Shown piece by piece: positions 13,692 to 29,754 of a DNA stretch of 64,000 bases. The position numbers were made by a program, and so were the translations under genes. A model generated the notes under the pieces. It had not been told where the DNA came from. It searched no databases and was given only the letters and a program-made list of their open reading frames with translations. Within the stretch, counting starts at the first letter, position 1. Each line of letters begins with the position of its first letter. The stretch comes from the human T2T-CHM13v2.0 reference genome, Homo sapiens: the NCBI RefSeq assembly GCF_009914755.1, contig NC_060934.1; one strand, written 5' to 3'.

Positions 13692-15012
13692 TCAGGGCCA
13701 AACGTTAGTATTCAGTGGCAGAGGTGAATAAGTGACTCGATGGACAAAAGTCATATTATAGCAACTAAACTACTTTACATGCTGGAAAACAACCAGATTT
13801 TGCTCATATTACCTTAAGAGATCCAAGTGTTTTTGTGAACAAAATAGCCAAGAACACAGTGCTGCAACATCTCCTTTTTAGCGAATTTACCAAAGGTGTA
13901 TGCCAGATAAGAATATGTATATAAGGTCACTTTATATTTGGCAGTGGCTATGCAAATAATTGTAGTTTTGATATGAATTGATCACCGTAGCAGTGACCTC
14001 TCCTACTCTGTGGCCATGCGTGGATGTGAACTCTGTAAAGAGGGAGAGAACTAAAAGCATCAGGGCTGGCTGCTGGACAGGACTCCTCCACTCCGTTTGT
14101 GTTTCCTTTTCTTTCTTGCAGAAGAGCCGTCCTCTGGCAGATATGTGAAAGAACTGCCCATGAGGAGCGAGAGGCTACTTCGCACACCTCGCAGCTCAGG
14201 TCCCCGGAGACGGCTTTACAGGCACACAAGCCCCTCTCCCAAGCCATCTGCCAGGAGCCCCATGAGGAACACAGCACAGCGCCTGCATCAGAAGCCCATG
14301 GGTTTGCCTATCACATGTCTTGTTTTCTCCTGATCCGTGGCTCACAGGCTCAGTGTGACCCAACCTCCTAGATTTCCCCATCAGTGCTATTTGCAGTGCC
14401 CCCAAGCACTTTCCTCCACTCCAGTCCCTGAGCGCATGCCAACGGCCCTATTTTCAGCCACCCCTCTCCATGCCTCTTGTCTGTCTCTAGCTGACAAGCA
14501 GATTATCTCTTCTGTCCACTTTGTTTGCCAATGTACTTTGGCACCATTGAATTCCAACACATGAAGTAAACTGAACTGTGTACAACGCTGAGCACACACG
14601 TGGTTTGGAGAGCAGCCCCTTGTCAGGATCCAAAATGTTCCCAAGCCTTGTTGATATTTGGGTCACTGCAGATCTCTGAGTCCCCCTTCCTTTTTAATCT
14701 TCTTCCCCTCAACTCATTCTCAATTTCTCTCTCTGAAACCACCTGTGAACACACTTATGCATTCAAATAGATGCATACTGTTCATGCTTATATTTTTCTG
14801 TAACCGTCATATCTAATAAATACTTATCATCCAGGAAAAAAATGTTGTTGGGCAATAATAACATGCTAAATAATGGCAAGTCCATTATCATATTTTTGTA
14901 GCAGTATTTCCTTTACTTGTCACACACACTTGATGGAAACCTTCAAAAAGTTAATTTGAAGCAGTCTTTTCAGAAAACAAAACTGAGTAAAATCATTTAC
15001 CATCGTTCAAAA

Positions 15013-15320
15013 GAGCAGTCCCCAATATTAACAGTAGCAGGGACCCATTTTGTCCACGGATGTGGTAGGTGGGGGATGGTTTGGGGATGAAACTGTTCTT
15101 CTCAGGCATTAGATCCTCATAAACAGCACCATCTAGATCCCTGGCATGCGCAGTTCACAGTAGGGTTTGCACTACTGTGGGACTCTAATGCCGCAGCTGA
15201 TCTGACAGGAGGCAGAGCTCAGGCGGTTGTGCCCAATTGCCCACCACTCACCTCCTGCTGTGCATTCCTTACAGACCACGGACCAGTACTAGTCTGTAGC
15301 CTGGGGATTGGGGACCCCAG
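15013..15320 (+). mobile_element. MER1B hAT-Charlie DNA transposon
   Basis: TIRs GCAGTCCCCAA / TTGGGGACCCCAG; internal CTAGATCCCTGGCATGCGCAGTTCACA and CTGATCTGACAGGAGGCAGAGCTCAGGCGG; degenerate 8-bp TSD GTTCAAAA / ATTTAAAA. Confidence 0.92.
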
Positions 15321-15438
15321 ATTTAAAACGCTTTTTTAAAGATTGGCACAAGTATGCCTGTTTTTGCTGTAATTATATTAACTGCATATCTGTACACTAT
15401 CCCGACTAGCCTGGCTTTTATTTCTGCTTCTTCACTTT

Positions 15439-15652
15439 GGTGACTTCTGTCTCTGTTTCCTGGATTTCCATGTTCCCTGTAAACATGAGTCTCATATTAT
15501 CCTAGGGAAGCTACACATAAATCACCAAAGATCCTAATGTTCAGGAGAAAGGGCAAATTCTTTGTTCCATTTTGTTGGCTCTCGTTTTTTCCTTTCTAGT
15601 CCAAGTCAAAATAACTCAAGGGTAGTTGGGCAAAGTAGCCATAATGAGTAAA
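15439..15652 (-). repeat. Inverted repeat, right arm (214 bp)
   Basis: Reverse complement of 13072-13285, about 95% identical. Confidence 0.97.
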
Positions 15653-16539
15653 CACTTAACAGGGCGTTTCACCCAGCAACTGTCTGCAGATAGCAGTTGC
15701 ATGAATCATGCAGAACACGTGGATGTCTGTTAGTCTCCAGGGATTACCAGGCTCTGACTCAAGGGTGGAGTTTGGTTACAGAGGCACTTCACATGCCTCA
15801 GCAACCTGGGTAATGTCAGTTGATCCTATTATAGGCAGAGGATCAGCAGTATTCAGACCAACACTGTGTTCATTCAGTTCCAGTCCAAAATTACAGTGGC
15901 ACAGCCAAATAAATCTAGGTGGCACAGAAAAAGCTACTTATAATAGAAGCTACTGGAAGTCCAGCTTAGCTATGGCTCCAGGCTTAAACAGATTCCCCTG
16001 TCAATATCCTATTTGTCACTCCAGGACGGTGTGTCAAAGCAACGGGCTAGGTTTCACCCTGCCCCTGCCTTCAGTTTCTTTGATGTTTAAATGCCTCTGT
16101 ACAGGAATCTGTTTGAGAAACAGATCTATTTTTATTCATAATTACTTCTCCATCTGTCTCGGTATTTTCTATAAACAGAGATTAACGTCCTGCGTGTTAA
16201 CCTATTTTAATCTGTGAACTATTCAGAGCCAAAATGTCTTTTTAAAGAGTAACAAGATGATATGAACATTCTGTTTCACAAGGCAGAGCTGAGCGTTACT
16301 GCAGGTTCTTCAAACCATTCAAAGAAGAATGGCTTTAAAAATAAAGTCTAAGGAGCGTTTCATTCACTACCATGAAACTACATATCAGCTTGATTTTTTT
16401 AAGCTAGCAGGAAAAAGCGTTCTCATGAAATGTTTAACGTGGATATTTGTCTTTGTGTGGGTTCTCCCTTTGATGTATTTGGAGGTAATTTAAGAATGAG
16501 GGTTTGGGACTGGTAGGGCCTCCATCATTTATTACACAA

Positions 16540-16690
16540 TCTTGAATAAAACCCTGAAGTTCTCATTTCTTTAGGTTCTCCATACATAAAATGGGAACAA
16601 AAATGCCCAAGTCTAACTGAAATGTTATTGAAAGGATGATATAAAGTAATGTGAAAAATATATAAAGAATTGCCCAAATATGTGAAATCC
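16540..16690 (+). mobile_element. MIR fragment
   Basis: MIR core-like TTCTCCATACATAAAATGGGAACAAAAATGCC...TGTTATTGAAAGGATGATATAA. Confidence 0.5.
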
Positions 16691-16931
16691 TGTTATAACT
16701 AAATCTAGAGTCATTAGGTGGAACTCAACCATTACTACATAAATAAATGGACATTAAAGACTCATTGACTTCACTAAATCAACATCTGTTAAACAATTGT
16801 ATAATATATGCCCTTGTGGATTTTGTGGCAAAGCTGAGGGTCTTTGAAATATAAGAAGTGAATGCTTGCATTGCTCATCTGAAAAATAATTTCTATATCT
16901 AGACATGTCCATTTCTAGCTATAAATGATAA

Positions 16932-17352
<421 letters not shown>

Positions 17353-20155
17353 TAATACAGATAAAAACATACTATGAAATGAACCATTTTAAAGTGTACA
17401 CTTCAGTGGTTTTCATGTATTCACAAAGTTGCACATTCATCACTACTATATAATTCCCAAATGTATTCACACAACAAAAATAAATTCCATACTAGCAGTA
17501 ACTTCTCCTCTTCCCTCAGCCCTGGCAAACACTAATCTAGTTTTTGTCTCTATGGATATACTATTTCTGGACATTTTATATTTTTTATATTAAGATTTCT
17601 AGCTTCCTTATCTTCGATAATGTTTTTAAGATTCAGCCACATGTTACCATGTACCAGAACTTCACTTATTGTGTGGCTGGATAATATTTCATTGTAGGGC
17701 TATGCAACACTTTATTTACCCATTCACTCTCTCTTAAATGGACATTTGGTTGTTTCCACATTTTGGCTATATTTGTTTTTGGTTTCCACATTCTGACCAA
17801 AAAAAAAAAAAAAATGCTGCTATGAACTTTGATGTACAAGTTTTTGTTTGGACATATGTTTTTATTTCTCTAGGGTGTGTATCTAGAAGTGGAATTGCCA
17901 GGTCATATAGTAACTAGTTTAATCATTTAACTGTCAGACTGATTTCTGCAGTAGCTGCACCATTTTGCATTGTAACTAACAATTAGGAGGGTTCCAATTT
18001 CTTCACCTCATCTCAAATACTTGTTATTGCAAGTCTTTTTTATTATAGCTGCCCTAGTGGGTATGAAGTGGTATCTTATTGAGATTTTGACAACGACTAA
18101 TGACGTTGAACATCTTTTCCTATTTCATGTTTGATAGCCATTCACATTATCTTCCTTAGATAAATGTCTATTAAAATTATTTATTTTTATCATTTGTGTA
18201 TTTCTTGTGAGCTTATAAATATTCTTTATACGTCTTGAATGCAAGTCCCTTATCACATATATGATATCCAAATGTTTTCTCATATTCTATGAATTGTATT
18301 TTCACTCTTAATAGTGTCATTTGATGCACAGACATTTTAATTTTTATGACGTTTAATTTATCTATTTTTCCTTTTCTTGCTTGTGCTTTAGGCATTACAT
18401 TATTTTTTAAAAGTGCCTATTCCAAGGCCAGAAATATTTATATCTCTTTTTTTGTAAGAGTTTTATCATTTTAACACATATATTTTGAGTTAATTATATG
18501 AGGTAGGAATCCACCTTCATTCTTTTTCCTATGAATATCCACTTGTGCCATTACCATTTGTTGAAAAGATTGTTCTTTCCCCCACTGAATTGTCTTAGTG
18601 CCCTTATAAAAACTGGCTTATCTTATATGCAATGGTTTTAAACTCTCAGTTCTAGGTCATTGATTTCTATGTCTATCCTTATACCAGTACCACACATTCT
18701 TGATTACTGTGGCTTTGAGAGTTTTAAAATCAGAAAGATGGAGTCCTGCTATAGTTACAGCTATAAATTTCCCTATAAGCCCTGCTTTACTTGTATTCCG
18801 TAAGAGTTGATGTAGTTTTGAATTCATGTACCTCAGAGTACTGATTGGCCTTGTAATTTCTTCTTTAATCTCTTGTTTATTTAGGAGTATGTTGTTTAAT
18901 TTTTAAATATTTGTGACCTTCTCCTTCTTTTATTACTGATTTCAAATTACATTCCATTGTGGTGAAAGAACAAATTTACATGATTTTAATACTTTTAACT
19001 TAAAAATAGTTTTGTTTCATCATTGTTTTATAATTTATAATCTTATAGTCAATTCTGGAAAATGTTTCATGCGCACTTTAGGTGAATGTGTATTCTTCTG
19101 TCATTGAATGGAGAGTACTATACATACGTTTCAGGTCTAATTAGTTTATATTATCTTTAAGTCTTCTATTTCCTGGCAGATCTGCTGTTTAAATGTTCTA
19201 TATATTATTGAAAGATGGATATTGAAATTGGTAATTTATTGTCAAGTTGTTTCTTCTTGCTTTCAATTCTATTATTTTTTTCTATATGTATTTTAGGGCT
19301 CTGTTGTTAGGTGCATATATGTTTTTAATTTTTATATCTTCTTGATGAATTGACCATTTTCTATTATAAAATACTCTTCTGCAGTAACAATTTTTACTTT
19401 AAAGTATTTTGTTGGATATTGGCATGACCACTTCGGCTCTCCTTTTTCGACTGCTTGCCTGTTCTATCATTTTTTATCATTTCTTTACAACAACTGTCTT
19501 TCCATCTAATGTCTGCATCTTACAGACAGCATAGATCACTTTTTAAAATCTATTCTGCCAATCTTTGACTTTTTACTGGACTATTAATTCATTTACATTT
19601 AATGTAATTACTCTTAATATAGCACTCACATCTACCATTTCGCTATTTGTTTTCTAAAAATCTTATGGCTTATGCTTTCTGCTATTTCTCTATTACTGCC
19701 TTCTTTTTAAATTAAATCATTTTTCAAATATACTATGTTAATTCTCTTGTCATTTTTTAATATTTAGAAAAGTTTCCTTAGTTGTTTACCTGAAGATCAC
19801 AATTAATATCTTAAATTATGACAAGCTAGTCAGGATTAACACTAATTTAGTTTCAATAATAAAATAAGTTTTACTACTGTAAGCTTCTTCTCTGACTTCT
19901 CTTTTGAGCTATTGTCAAATTACATCTTTATGCATGCATGTCAAACAGATTAATAATTAGTTTTATGTAGTTGTCTTATAAATCATACAGAAGAATAATA
20001 GTTACACTAGTTGCAAACAAGAATGCATTTATACTGTCCTTTATATTTACCTATTTAATTATATTTACCTGTGCTCTTTATTTACTGCATTTAGTTTTGT
20101 GGATTAGAATTACTAACTAGTGTCTTGTCATTCCAACCTAGAGAACTACCTTCAG

Positions 20156-20504
<349 letters not shown>

Positions 20505-21236
20505 TAGTGACAAATTATTTTAGTTGTTTTTCTGAGAAATCTCAACTTCTCTTTTAATTTTGAAGGGTAGCTTTTGATGGATACAGAATTCTTGGTTGAA
20601 AGTATCTTCTTTCTGCTCTTTGATTATGTCTCCATCTTGTTTTCCAGCCTCTTTGCATCTGAAAATAAGTCATTTCTAAATTTTGTTTAGATTTTTTTCA
20701 TTCATAATGGATCATTTTTCTCATGCTGTTTTGAAGATTCTCTATTAGTTTTGGCTTTCAACAATTTGATTATAATGTTTCTATGCATAGATGTATGCAT
20801 TTATTTATAATCTTTTTAGCTTTTTGGATGTGTAATTTTTTAACTATATTTGTTACTTTTGGGGTCGCTGTGTCTTTAAATATTCTTTCTTTCCCTTTCT
20901 CTTCTTTATTTCTTGGAATTCCATTTTGTGTATAATGCTGTGCTTATTAATGTTCCATAGGTTTCTGTGGATAGTTCCATTTTTCTTCATTCATTTTTCC
21001 TTCTGCTCCTTACACTGGATAATCTCAGTTGATTTATATGCTAGCTTGCTAATTTCTTTTATATGCCTGCTCAAACCTCCTGTTGATTTTTTTTATTTTA
21101 GCTAATGCAATTTTAAACTATAGAATTTGTATTTGGTTTTTAAATATAACTTCTATTTCTTTATTGATTGTCTTTATTTGGTGAAATAGTCTCATATTTT
21201 AATTATAGATGTGATTGTGTTTAGGTCTTTGTGAAT

Positions 21237-21682
21237 TGTACTAGCTTCCTAGGATTGCTTAATAAACTACCACACTCTAAATAGCTCAAAACAATAGAAA
21301 CTTATTATCTCACAGTTCTGGGAGCTAAAATTCCAAAATCAAGGTGTCATCAGGGTGATGCTCCCCTTGAAGGCTCTAGAGGAATTTATATTCCATGCCT
21401 GTCTTCCAACTTCTTGTGGTTGTTGACAATCCTTTTCATTCCTTGGCTTGTAATTGTATGCCTCTGCCTTTACTCTTGTGTTCATTTGGTGCTCTCTCTA
21501 TATGTATCTGTGCCTAAATTTCCCTCTGCTTATAAGAAAACCAGTCATATTGGATTAGGATCCACTTTAGTCCAGTATGATCTAATTTTAACTAATTATA
21601 TAGTTAAAGGCCCTATTTTAACATAAGCTCACATTCTGAGTTTATGAGTGGGCATGGATTTGGGGGTCTTCAACCCAGTTTA
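21237..21682 (-). mobile_element. MLT1B/C-like MaLR solo LTR nested in L1
   Basis: TGTACTAGCTTCCTAGG...TCTCACAGTTCTGGGAGCTAAAATTCCAAAATCAAGGTG...CCAGTCATATTGGATTAGG. Confidence 0.88.
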
Positions 21683-23229
21683 AGCATGTATATAATAGTT
21701 GACTTAAAGTGTTTTTTGAAAATGGAAATTTTTAATAATATAATGTGTAAACACTGGACATCAGATACTCTCCCTTTCTGGTGTTTGTTGCTGCCACTGC
21801 TTGTTTCTCTTGCTGTTTCTTATTAATTAATTTTCCGAACCAGTTCTATAAAGTCTCTGTTCTTTGTCACACGTATCACTGAAGTCTCTGCTTGCTTAGC
21901 TTTGTGGTCACCTAATGATTCAAAAGACATTTCCGTGAATGCCTGGAAGCAATCAGTCTTCTAGCCTTCGCTGATGGGTTCTGCATATGAGTTCAGGCAT
22001 GCCTTCAGGACTCCACCAGGCACTTGGTAATTCTGCCTTATCCTTCACTTTTTGCTTGAGCAGCGCCGAAAGGTGAGCCAGAGGTGAGAGCTTATGGCCA
22101 TTTCAGATGATTTCTGAGCACGTCCACAGCTGTATGCATATATGTGACTTTCTATTTTCCTAACTACTTTCAATACATGCCCTGCAGAAAGACCGTTGCT
22201 CTGAGTAAGCTCTGAGTCAGGTCAAATAAAGGCAAGCCTTGTGAGTAGGGTCTTCCAGGAACCATCAGACAATTAAAATAGTGACGATCCTATTGGAATT
22301 GGGTTTTGATGAAGCCCCAAACTTGTTTTGGCCCCCAGTGGCTGGCAGGCTGCTGGTTTTCCTACTACTGTGTGCGAGTTTTAGGGCTGTCATCCCCGGT
22401 GGGGGTGGAAATGAGGAGAAAAGAAAAGCAATGTTAACACTCAATAAAATGTGCTGCTCTTACCAAGATTAAACTAGTTTTTTTGAATAAACCTGCTGAA
22501 TTGTTACAAGCCTTTGGTTAATTTCCCAAGTCCTGAAAGGATTGATTCTGCTCATTTTTGAAAGCATTCTCATTGTTTTTATAGATTGGAAAAACTTCAG
22601 AGATCCTTACTCTGTCGTTTCCCCTGACATCCCATTACCATATCTTTTCAGACTAACAAATATTTTCTTTATTTTGTTTTTATCATAATCAGAGAAAACA
22701 ACAAGTCTTAAAATGTGAAGTATTTAATTATTTGGCTAAGCAACATGCATATCATTCTGGAAACATGGTAAAGAAGCAGGCTCCATTCTTGATCCTGGGA
22801 AAGCTGCATTCTTGGCAGTCACTGACATTATACTATTGAGGACAGGCAGGGCAAGCCACCACTAGTTTCATTGTAAAGGCACAATTTATCCCCCAGGAAT
22901 ACCAGGCAAATAAGAGTGGCCTATTCTCTTCTATTTCCAGAAATCACTTAAGCCAACGTGACTTGGATTTATTATTTCTCACAAGAGATTTCTCTTTATA
23001 TCTTTGAATTCATTGCTAGTGTACTTCACTATGAGATTTCGAATTTCTATTTTGTTAGTCTTTTATTTTGATGGATTAGAATAGACTATATTGTTCAAAC
23101 AACCTTGTAGCTAAGATCCATTTAAAGTGAAAACAAATGTATAATAAAATGTCATGGTTTACTCTAAAAAATATATTTAAAATTACAATACAAATTGTGA
23201 ATATAGGGAAGAAAGTTTATAAAAAAATT

Positions 23230-23430
23230 TTTCTTGAACACTTACTATCATGGCCCAAATACTGTGTCCACATTTTATGCATATATTATATATTCCTCAC
23301 AACAATTTTTTGAAGACGTTAATAGAATTCCTAGTTTACTAATTAGGAAATGGAGATCTTAAATAAGATTCCCAAAGTTATACAGCTAGCTGTGGACAGA
23401 CTGAAACTTCAAAAGTCACGTTGTTCATTT
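23230..23430 (-). mobile_element. MIR
   Basis: TTGAACACTTACTAT...TCCTCACAACAA...AGGAAATGGAG...CCCAAAGTTATACAGCTAG. Confidence 0.65.
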
Positions 23431-24899
23431 CATTTTTTATTAATAAGGCTTTGGTTTTGAAAATAATCTTAATAATAAATGCATCTCCTGACTGTCTGAA
23501 TTTTCACGAAGTTTAAAATATTTTAAGGGATTTCTCTAATTAAGAGTATGTAGATAATGTTTTTTGAGCTTCCTTGCTTAGATAACAGCCAGAGGCAAAA
23601 TCTTTGTTCTCAGTGTCATGTAACTAAATTCAATAAAGAATTCATTATTAGGAAAACATAAATCAAAAATGAGATTTGGTATTGACTAGAGTTTGAAAGA
23701 AATAATAAGCTGATAGGCATTTTCATAAAAATATAGCAGGTTCATAATAAATGCCTAAAGTGCTTATTGTCTTAATGTATTCATTTTTTAGCCATTTAAA
23801 TTACATTTTACAGTTCCAAAAGTGGCTAATCAAGTAATAAAGATAATGTTCAAAACTACAAAGATCTTCTTGGCGTATTCTCAGCCAAGAGAGTATTGGC
23901 ATATTTTCGCAGATAGCACATAACACTTTTTCATGAGTCACTGTCTTAAAATAATTTTCTTCCTAGTGTTATAATACTTCCTTATAGGAATTTTGATTCT
24001 GCAAATAAATTTTACATCAATTGATATTTACAACATTATTTTAATATTAAATAAAATTATATTTTAGTTTTGTTTAATAAAACAACATCAAGATTTGCAA
24101 CAAGTACTATTACCACTTTCTCACAAACTAATTATAATACCTATTTGGTTGCCATGTGGTTTAGGCACTCATCTCAGAGAGTCAGTTGTGTATAGGGTAG
24201 TGATTCTGCCATGGTACCTGTCTTCATTATTTTCAGCGAGATCCGTAAACTCTTTGTGACTGAGTCTCACCTGTTGAACTAACCAGTAACTGTTGCTCTG
24301 GTCCACTGAAAAACTAAGAGTCATTTGTATCACGTTCTAATCGCCTTCATCACAAGGGCTATCTTTCCTGCTTTGAAACTTAAATGTTCATCATCAAGCA
24401 GTTTCTTGTGTGAGGTACCTACCTTGATAACTACGTTAAACATTTCCCTATTTTTTTCAGTCCTTTAAAGATTCTGCATATTTACTGGGTGTAAGATAAT
24501 TTTCTCAGCATGAAAAGAAGAATGTGAAATGGTTGAGGTTTAAATACCCATAAGAGAAGAGGAGATAAGAGACTAGTTACTGTCTTAAGCTTATACTTGA
24601 ATTTCAAGTAGATACTTGCAAAATCTGGGGACTATTGAAAAGCTACTATTAATAATAAGAGAAAATGCCCCCATATAGGGACAAAAATACTCCAAGTGAA
24701 GTAGCCATCTGAATGGGACTCAGTTGGGGGAGAAAATGCTTTTTACAACAAATTAAATTCTACTTCGATCTTCACACAAATTTGTAGTCCAAATTAATAT
24801 TATAAAAGAATTGTGAAAATCCCAAGTTAATACATGAAGAAGAGACATATTTTGGGAAGTTGAAATATTAGTGGCTTCAGCCAAAGACAATGCAAAAGC

Positions 24900-26635
<1,736 letters not shown>

Positions 26636-26644
26636 AACCTCATA

Positions 26645-26915
26645 CGTTCCACCATTGTGTTTTGGAAGCAGATAATTTGTTTTCTAGTTTTACAGTTCTG
26701 TGGATGAAGGGACTTTGCCCCAGTATGGATGAAAACTAAGAGTCTCACCCATACCTAATTTAGATCATTTCAATGATGAGATTTGTAACTTTTTGAGTTG
26801 ATATTAATGTGACATTTTTTAGAGTTAACGCTTAAATGGGTTAAGAATTTGGGGGACATGGGTAAATGTATTTTGCACACGGGAGAACATGAATTTGGGG
26901 TGCCAGCTGGTGGAG
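26645..26915 (+). mobile_element. MaLR internal 3' end (MLT1-int)
   Basis: TTTTGGAAGCAGATAATTTGTTT...GGGTTAAGAATTTGGGGGAC...TATTTTGCA...CATGAATTTGGGG directly upstream of the LTR. Confidence 0.75.
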
Positions 26916-27366
26916 TTTACTGGGTTAATTAGTGCCACCCTTCAGCCCCCTAAAAATGCCTGTTCAACTGGAACCTGTGAATGTGACCTTATTTGGAAAT
27001 GGGATTTTTTGCAGATTTAATGATGAGGTAATCATGGATTAGAGGGATCTATAATCTAATACATGGTATCTGTGGTTTCCTCATAGGAGGGAAATTTGGA
27101 CATGGACACATAGGGAAGACAGCCATGTGGAGACAGAGGCAGAGGTGGACCTGCTGCCGCAAAACCACAGGGCGCCAAGTACTGTGGGCCACTGAGAAAA
27201 CTAAAGGAGAGGAAGGATTCTTCCCTGGAGCTTTGGAGAGGGTGCGGCCCTACTTTCACCTGGATTTCAGACTTCAGACTTCCAGAACCATGAAGGAATA
27301 AGCTCTCTTTGTTTCAAAACCACTCAGTCAAGGCACTTTGTTACAACAGCCTAGGAAACTAATACA
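26916..27366 (+). mobile_element. MLT1C-like LTR
   Basis: GAACCTGTGAATGTGACCTTATTTGGAAAT...GATTTCAGACTTC...TTTGTTACAACAGCCTAGGAAACTAATACA. Confidence 0.9.
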
Positions 27367-27409
27367 GGAATTGGTATTAGTAAAATCATTATTGTTGGCT
27401 CATATGACC

Positions 27410-27810
27410 ATACTCATAGAACTTTTAAGATAACATGTAAATAAGCAACTAAAACAAAAAGTCAGAAAGCTTTATGGTGCCAGATCAATATACAAATAAA
27501 TATCATTATTTTCCAATAAAAACAATTATATAATGTAACAATAATAAAGTAATAATACAAAGAAACTTCCCATAATAGCTACCAAAAATTCTAAAGTAGT
27601 TATAACTAGTTTTTAAAAATAATATGTTCAGAAATTTTATATAAACAAATATAAATTTTAAGTTAAAAAGAAAAAGAAATGGATAAATACATCATTAATG
27701 AAGTTTCAATCAAAATTCATACATGAATATTTCACAGAATTTGACAAGTATATCTAAAAATTATTTTAAAGGAGTAAAACGAGCTTGGAATTATTTGAAG
27801 AAGAAAGTAT
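27410..27810 (+). mobile_element. Degenerate L1M ORF2 fragment
   Basis: A-rich; AGATCAATATACAAA, AATCAAAATTC...CAGAATTTGACAAG. Confidence 0.6.
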
Positions 27811-28499
27811 TTATCCTTTTGTATATTAAGAGTTAGCCTAAGTCTCCCGGGACTCAATGGTATCACCTCTCTAACAAAAAAGGTCACAGAGATATGAAAA
27901 CACATCATAAAAAAATCTATCGTTTTATCACACAATGATTTGATCACCTGTGCACATGGAAACAACCTTATTTTAAATCCTTGTTTAGAGTCAATTTTAA
28001 GGGATAATGTTGCATGTGAAGCTCCATAATCATTCTTTTGTGTTAAGTGGTTGAGGAAAATATCAGGCTGGTGAGATGTTAATTATAGGTCCAGGGAATA
28101 ACTTGAGTTAATAAATCAGAGATGAGTCCAAAGTTCTGTAAACAAGTTTCAACATTTCTGGGCACCTGAGATTAAGCACAGCTCTGAGAAGTGCTCCACA
28201 CGTTCCTAAGTATATGATGCAAGTTTTACTTTGGCAAGAAAATGTAACTATATCTAGTACCCGCCTTAGGAACATGAATGACGAAATGGAGATTTCACAT
28301 TTGCCAGATGAATAGGACTAATGTAGAAAAACAAATCAAACTGTCCTTTACTCTCAGTCAACCCCCTTCTCAATAACAAAAACATCCACATATCCACATT
28401 GTCCATCTATTTTAAGGTCAATATAGTATGGATATTATACCAACTTGCAAAAATAAATTAAACCACTTACCACAGGTATCCTCCAACATCATTGGCACC

Positions 28500-28680
28500 A
28501 TTAAATAACATTCATTCAGAACTACTTTTAGTGAATGTAGATACTTAATGTTTACAGACGAGGAAATCTGAATGGTACGAAACAAACAGAGACTTGTTCA
28601 AGGTCTCACACTGACTCAGCAGCAAAGTCCACATAGGAAGTGAATGTTCCTGAAGTAGCACATTTTGTTTGGACTACAAG
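28500..28680 (-). mobile_element. MIR fragment
   Basis: TTTACAGACGAGGAAATCTGA...GACTTGTTCAAGGTCTCACA. Confidence 0.6.
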
Positions 28681-28833
28681 ACCAACTGAGTTATTATCTT
28701 TATTTGAAAATGATTCATGCAAGTCTGCCACAGATGAAGGCAAGCTGTGGAATTCTTACTCAAACTCTTTGTTGTTATTATGGGAAAGCTTCAAGTCTGG
28801 GGTTTTTTGTTTGTTTGTTTAATACCTCATATT

Positions 28834-29345
28834 TGTTATCCGAAAAAAACAAACAGCGTTCATTCACCTGTCAAGCAACAAACGACTCTCCACGAGAATG
28901 CAGATTTTGATCAATAGGAGTTTTATTACTTGGCTCAAGTAAGGGGAGCACTGGGTGTATTCTCCAAAGCAGTGTCTCCCTGAGGGAAAGTGGCAGGAGG
29001 GTTTTATGGGGTGATGGAGAGGGGAGAGGGTGCATTATCGCATGTAGATGAGGGGTCCCAGCGGTGCAGACACAGTGTCATCATGGCAACACATGGGTTA
29101 CATGTTATGATAACGGAACTACAGTTCCTCCAGGATGGAGACGTTACAGTCATGAGGAAGATTCACCAGGGTTCATCTCTAAGTTGCCAGGGTCTGTCAG
29201 GAGCTGGTTTCAACCAACTAGGTTACTATAGTCCACCCAGGGTTTAGGGAAGAACAGGCTGCAGGGCAGGAAGCTGTAAATCAGGCTGATGGCTCACGTG
29301 GATTAAACTCCTATGGTTCCTAGAGACCCTCCTTGTCTGCTTATA
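28834..29345 (-). mobile_element. ERV solo LTR, about 510 bp (LTR42-like, subfamily tentative)
   Basis: TG...(C/T)A termini, minus-strand AATAAA (TTTTATT near 28921) and CATAAAA TATA-like box, LTR-like composition. Confidence 0.85.
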
Positions 29346-29754
29346 TATCCTAGAACTGAAAAATAAATTGAAAAGTGAAGTGGTTATGGTGGTCGCACTT
29401 CTGAATTCTGGTATGCCCCTCCTACCTCCCCCTACTAAGTAAAGAAAGATAAATCAGTCGTCTTAACAGTATTTAAAACAGCCCTTCCCAAAAACTCAAT
29501 ACATGAAACTTTCTTTCTAGTTGATCTTTGTACCAAATGATCTGGCCAATAAAGGAATAAAATCTTTGAGCTCAAATAACCATGAAAATGCAATACCCGA
29601 TTTTCCTAAATGCACTTCCTAATGTGAAGGCCATTCACAAAAGCAAATATCCACCCCAGATTCTACTGGGTATGAAACATCTCAATGACTGATACTTCAT
29701 CTTATCACCTGAAAATTAAATAATTTTATTACAAAAAGAATTAGTAGATTATAT

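Noticed and set aside
13948-14644. Cluster of overlapping ORFs on both strands
   Set aside because: Explained by locally higher GC and fewer stops; no protein similarity recognised (kept only as a non-coding exon candidate)
15708-16217. Longest ORF (169 aa)
   Set aside because: No recognisable domain or exon structure; length is plausible by chance in 64 kb
21900-22150. Inverted similarity to 51550-51720
   Set aside because: Low identity; two independent insertions of related old L1 5' regions
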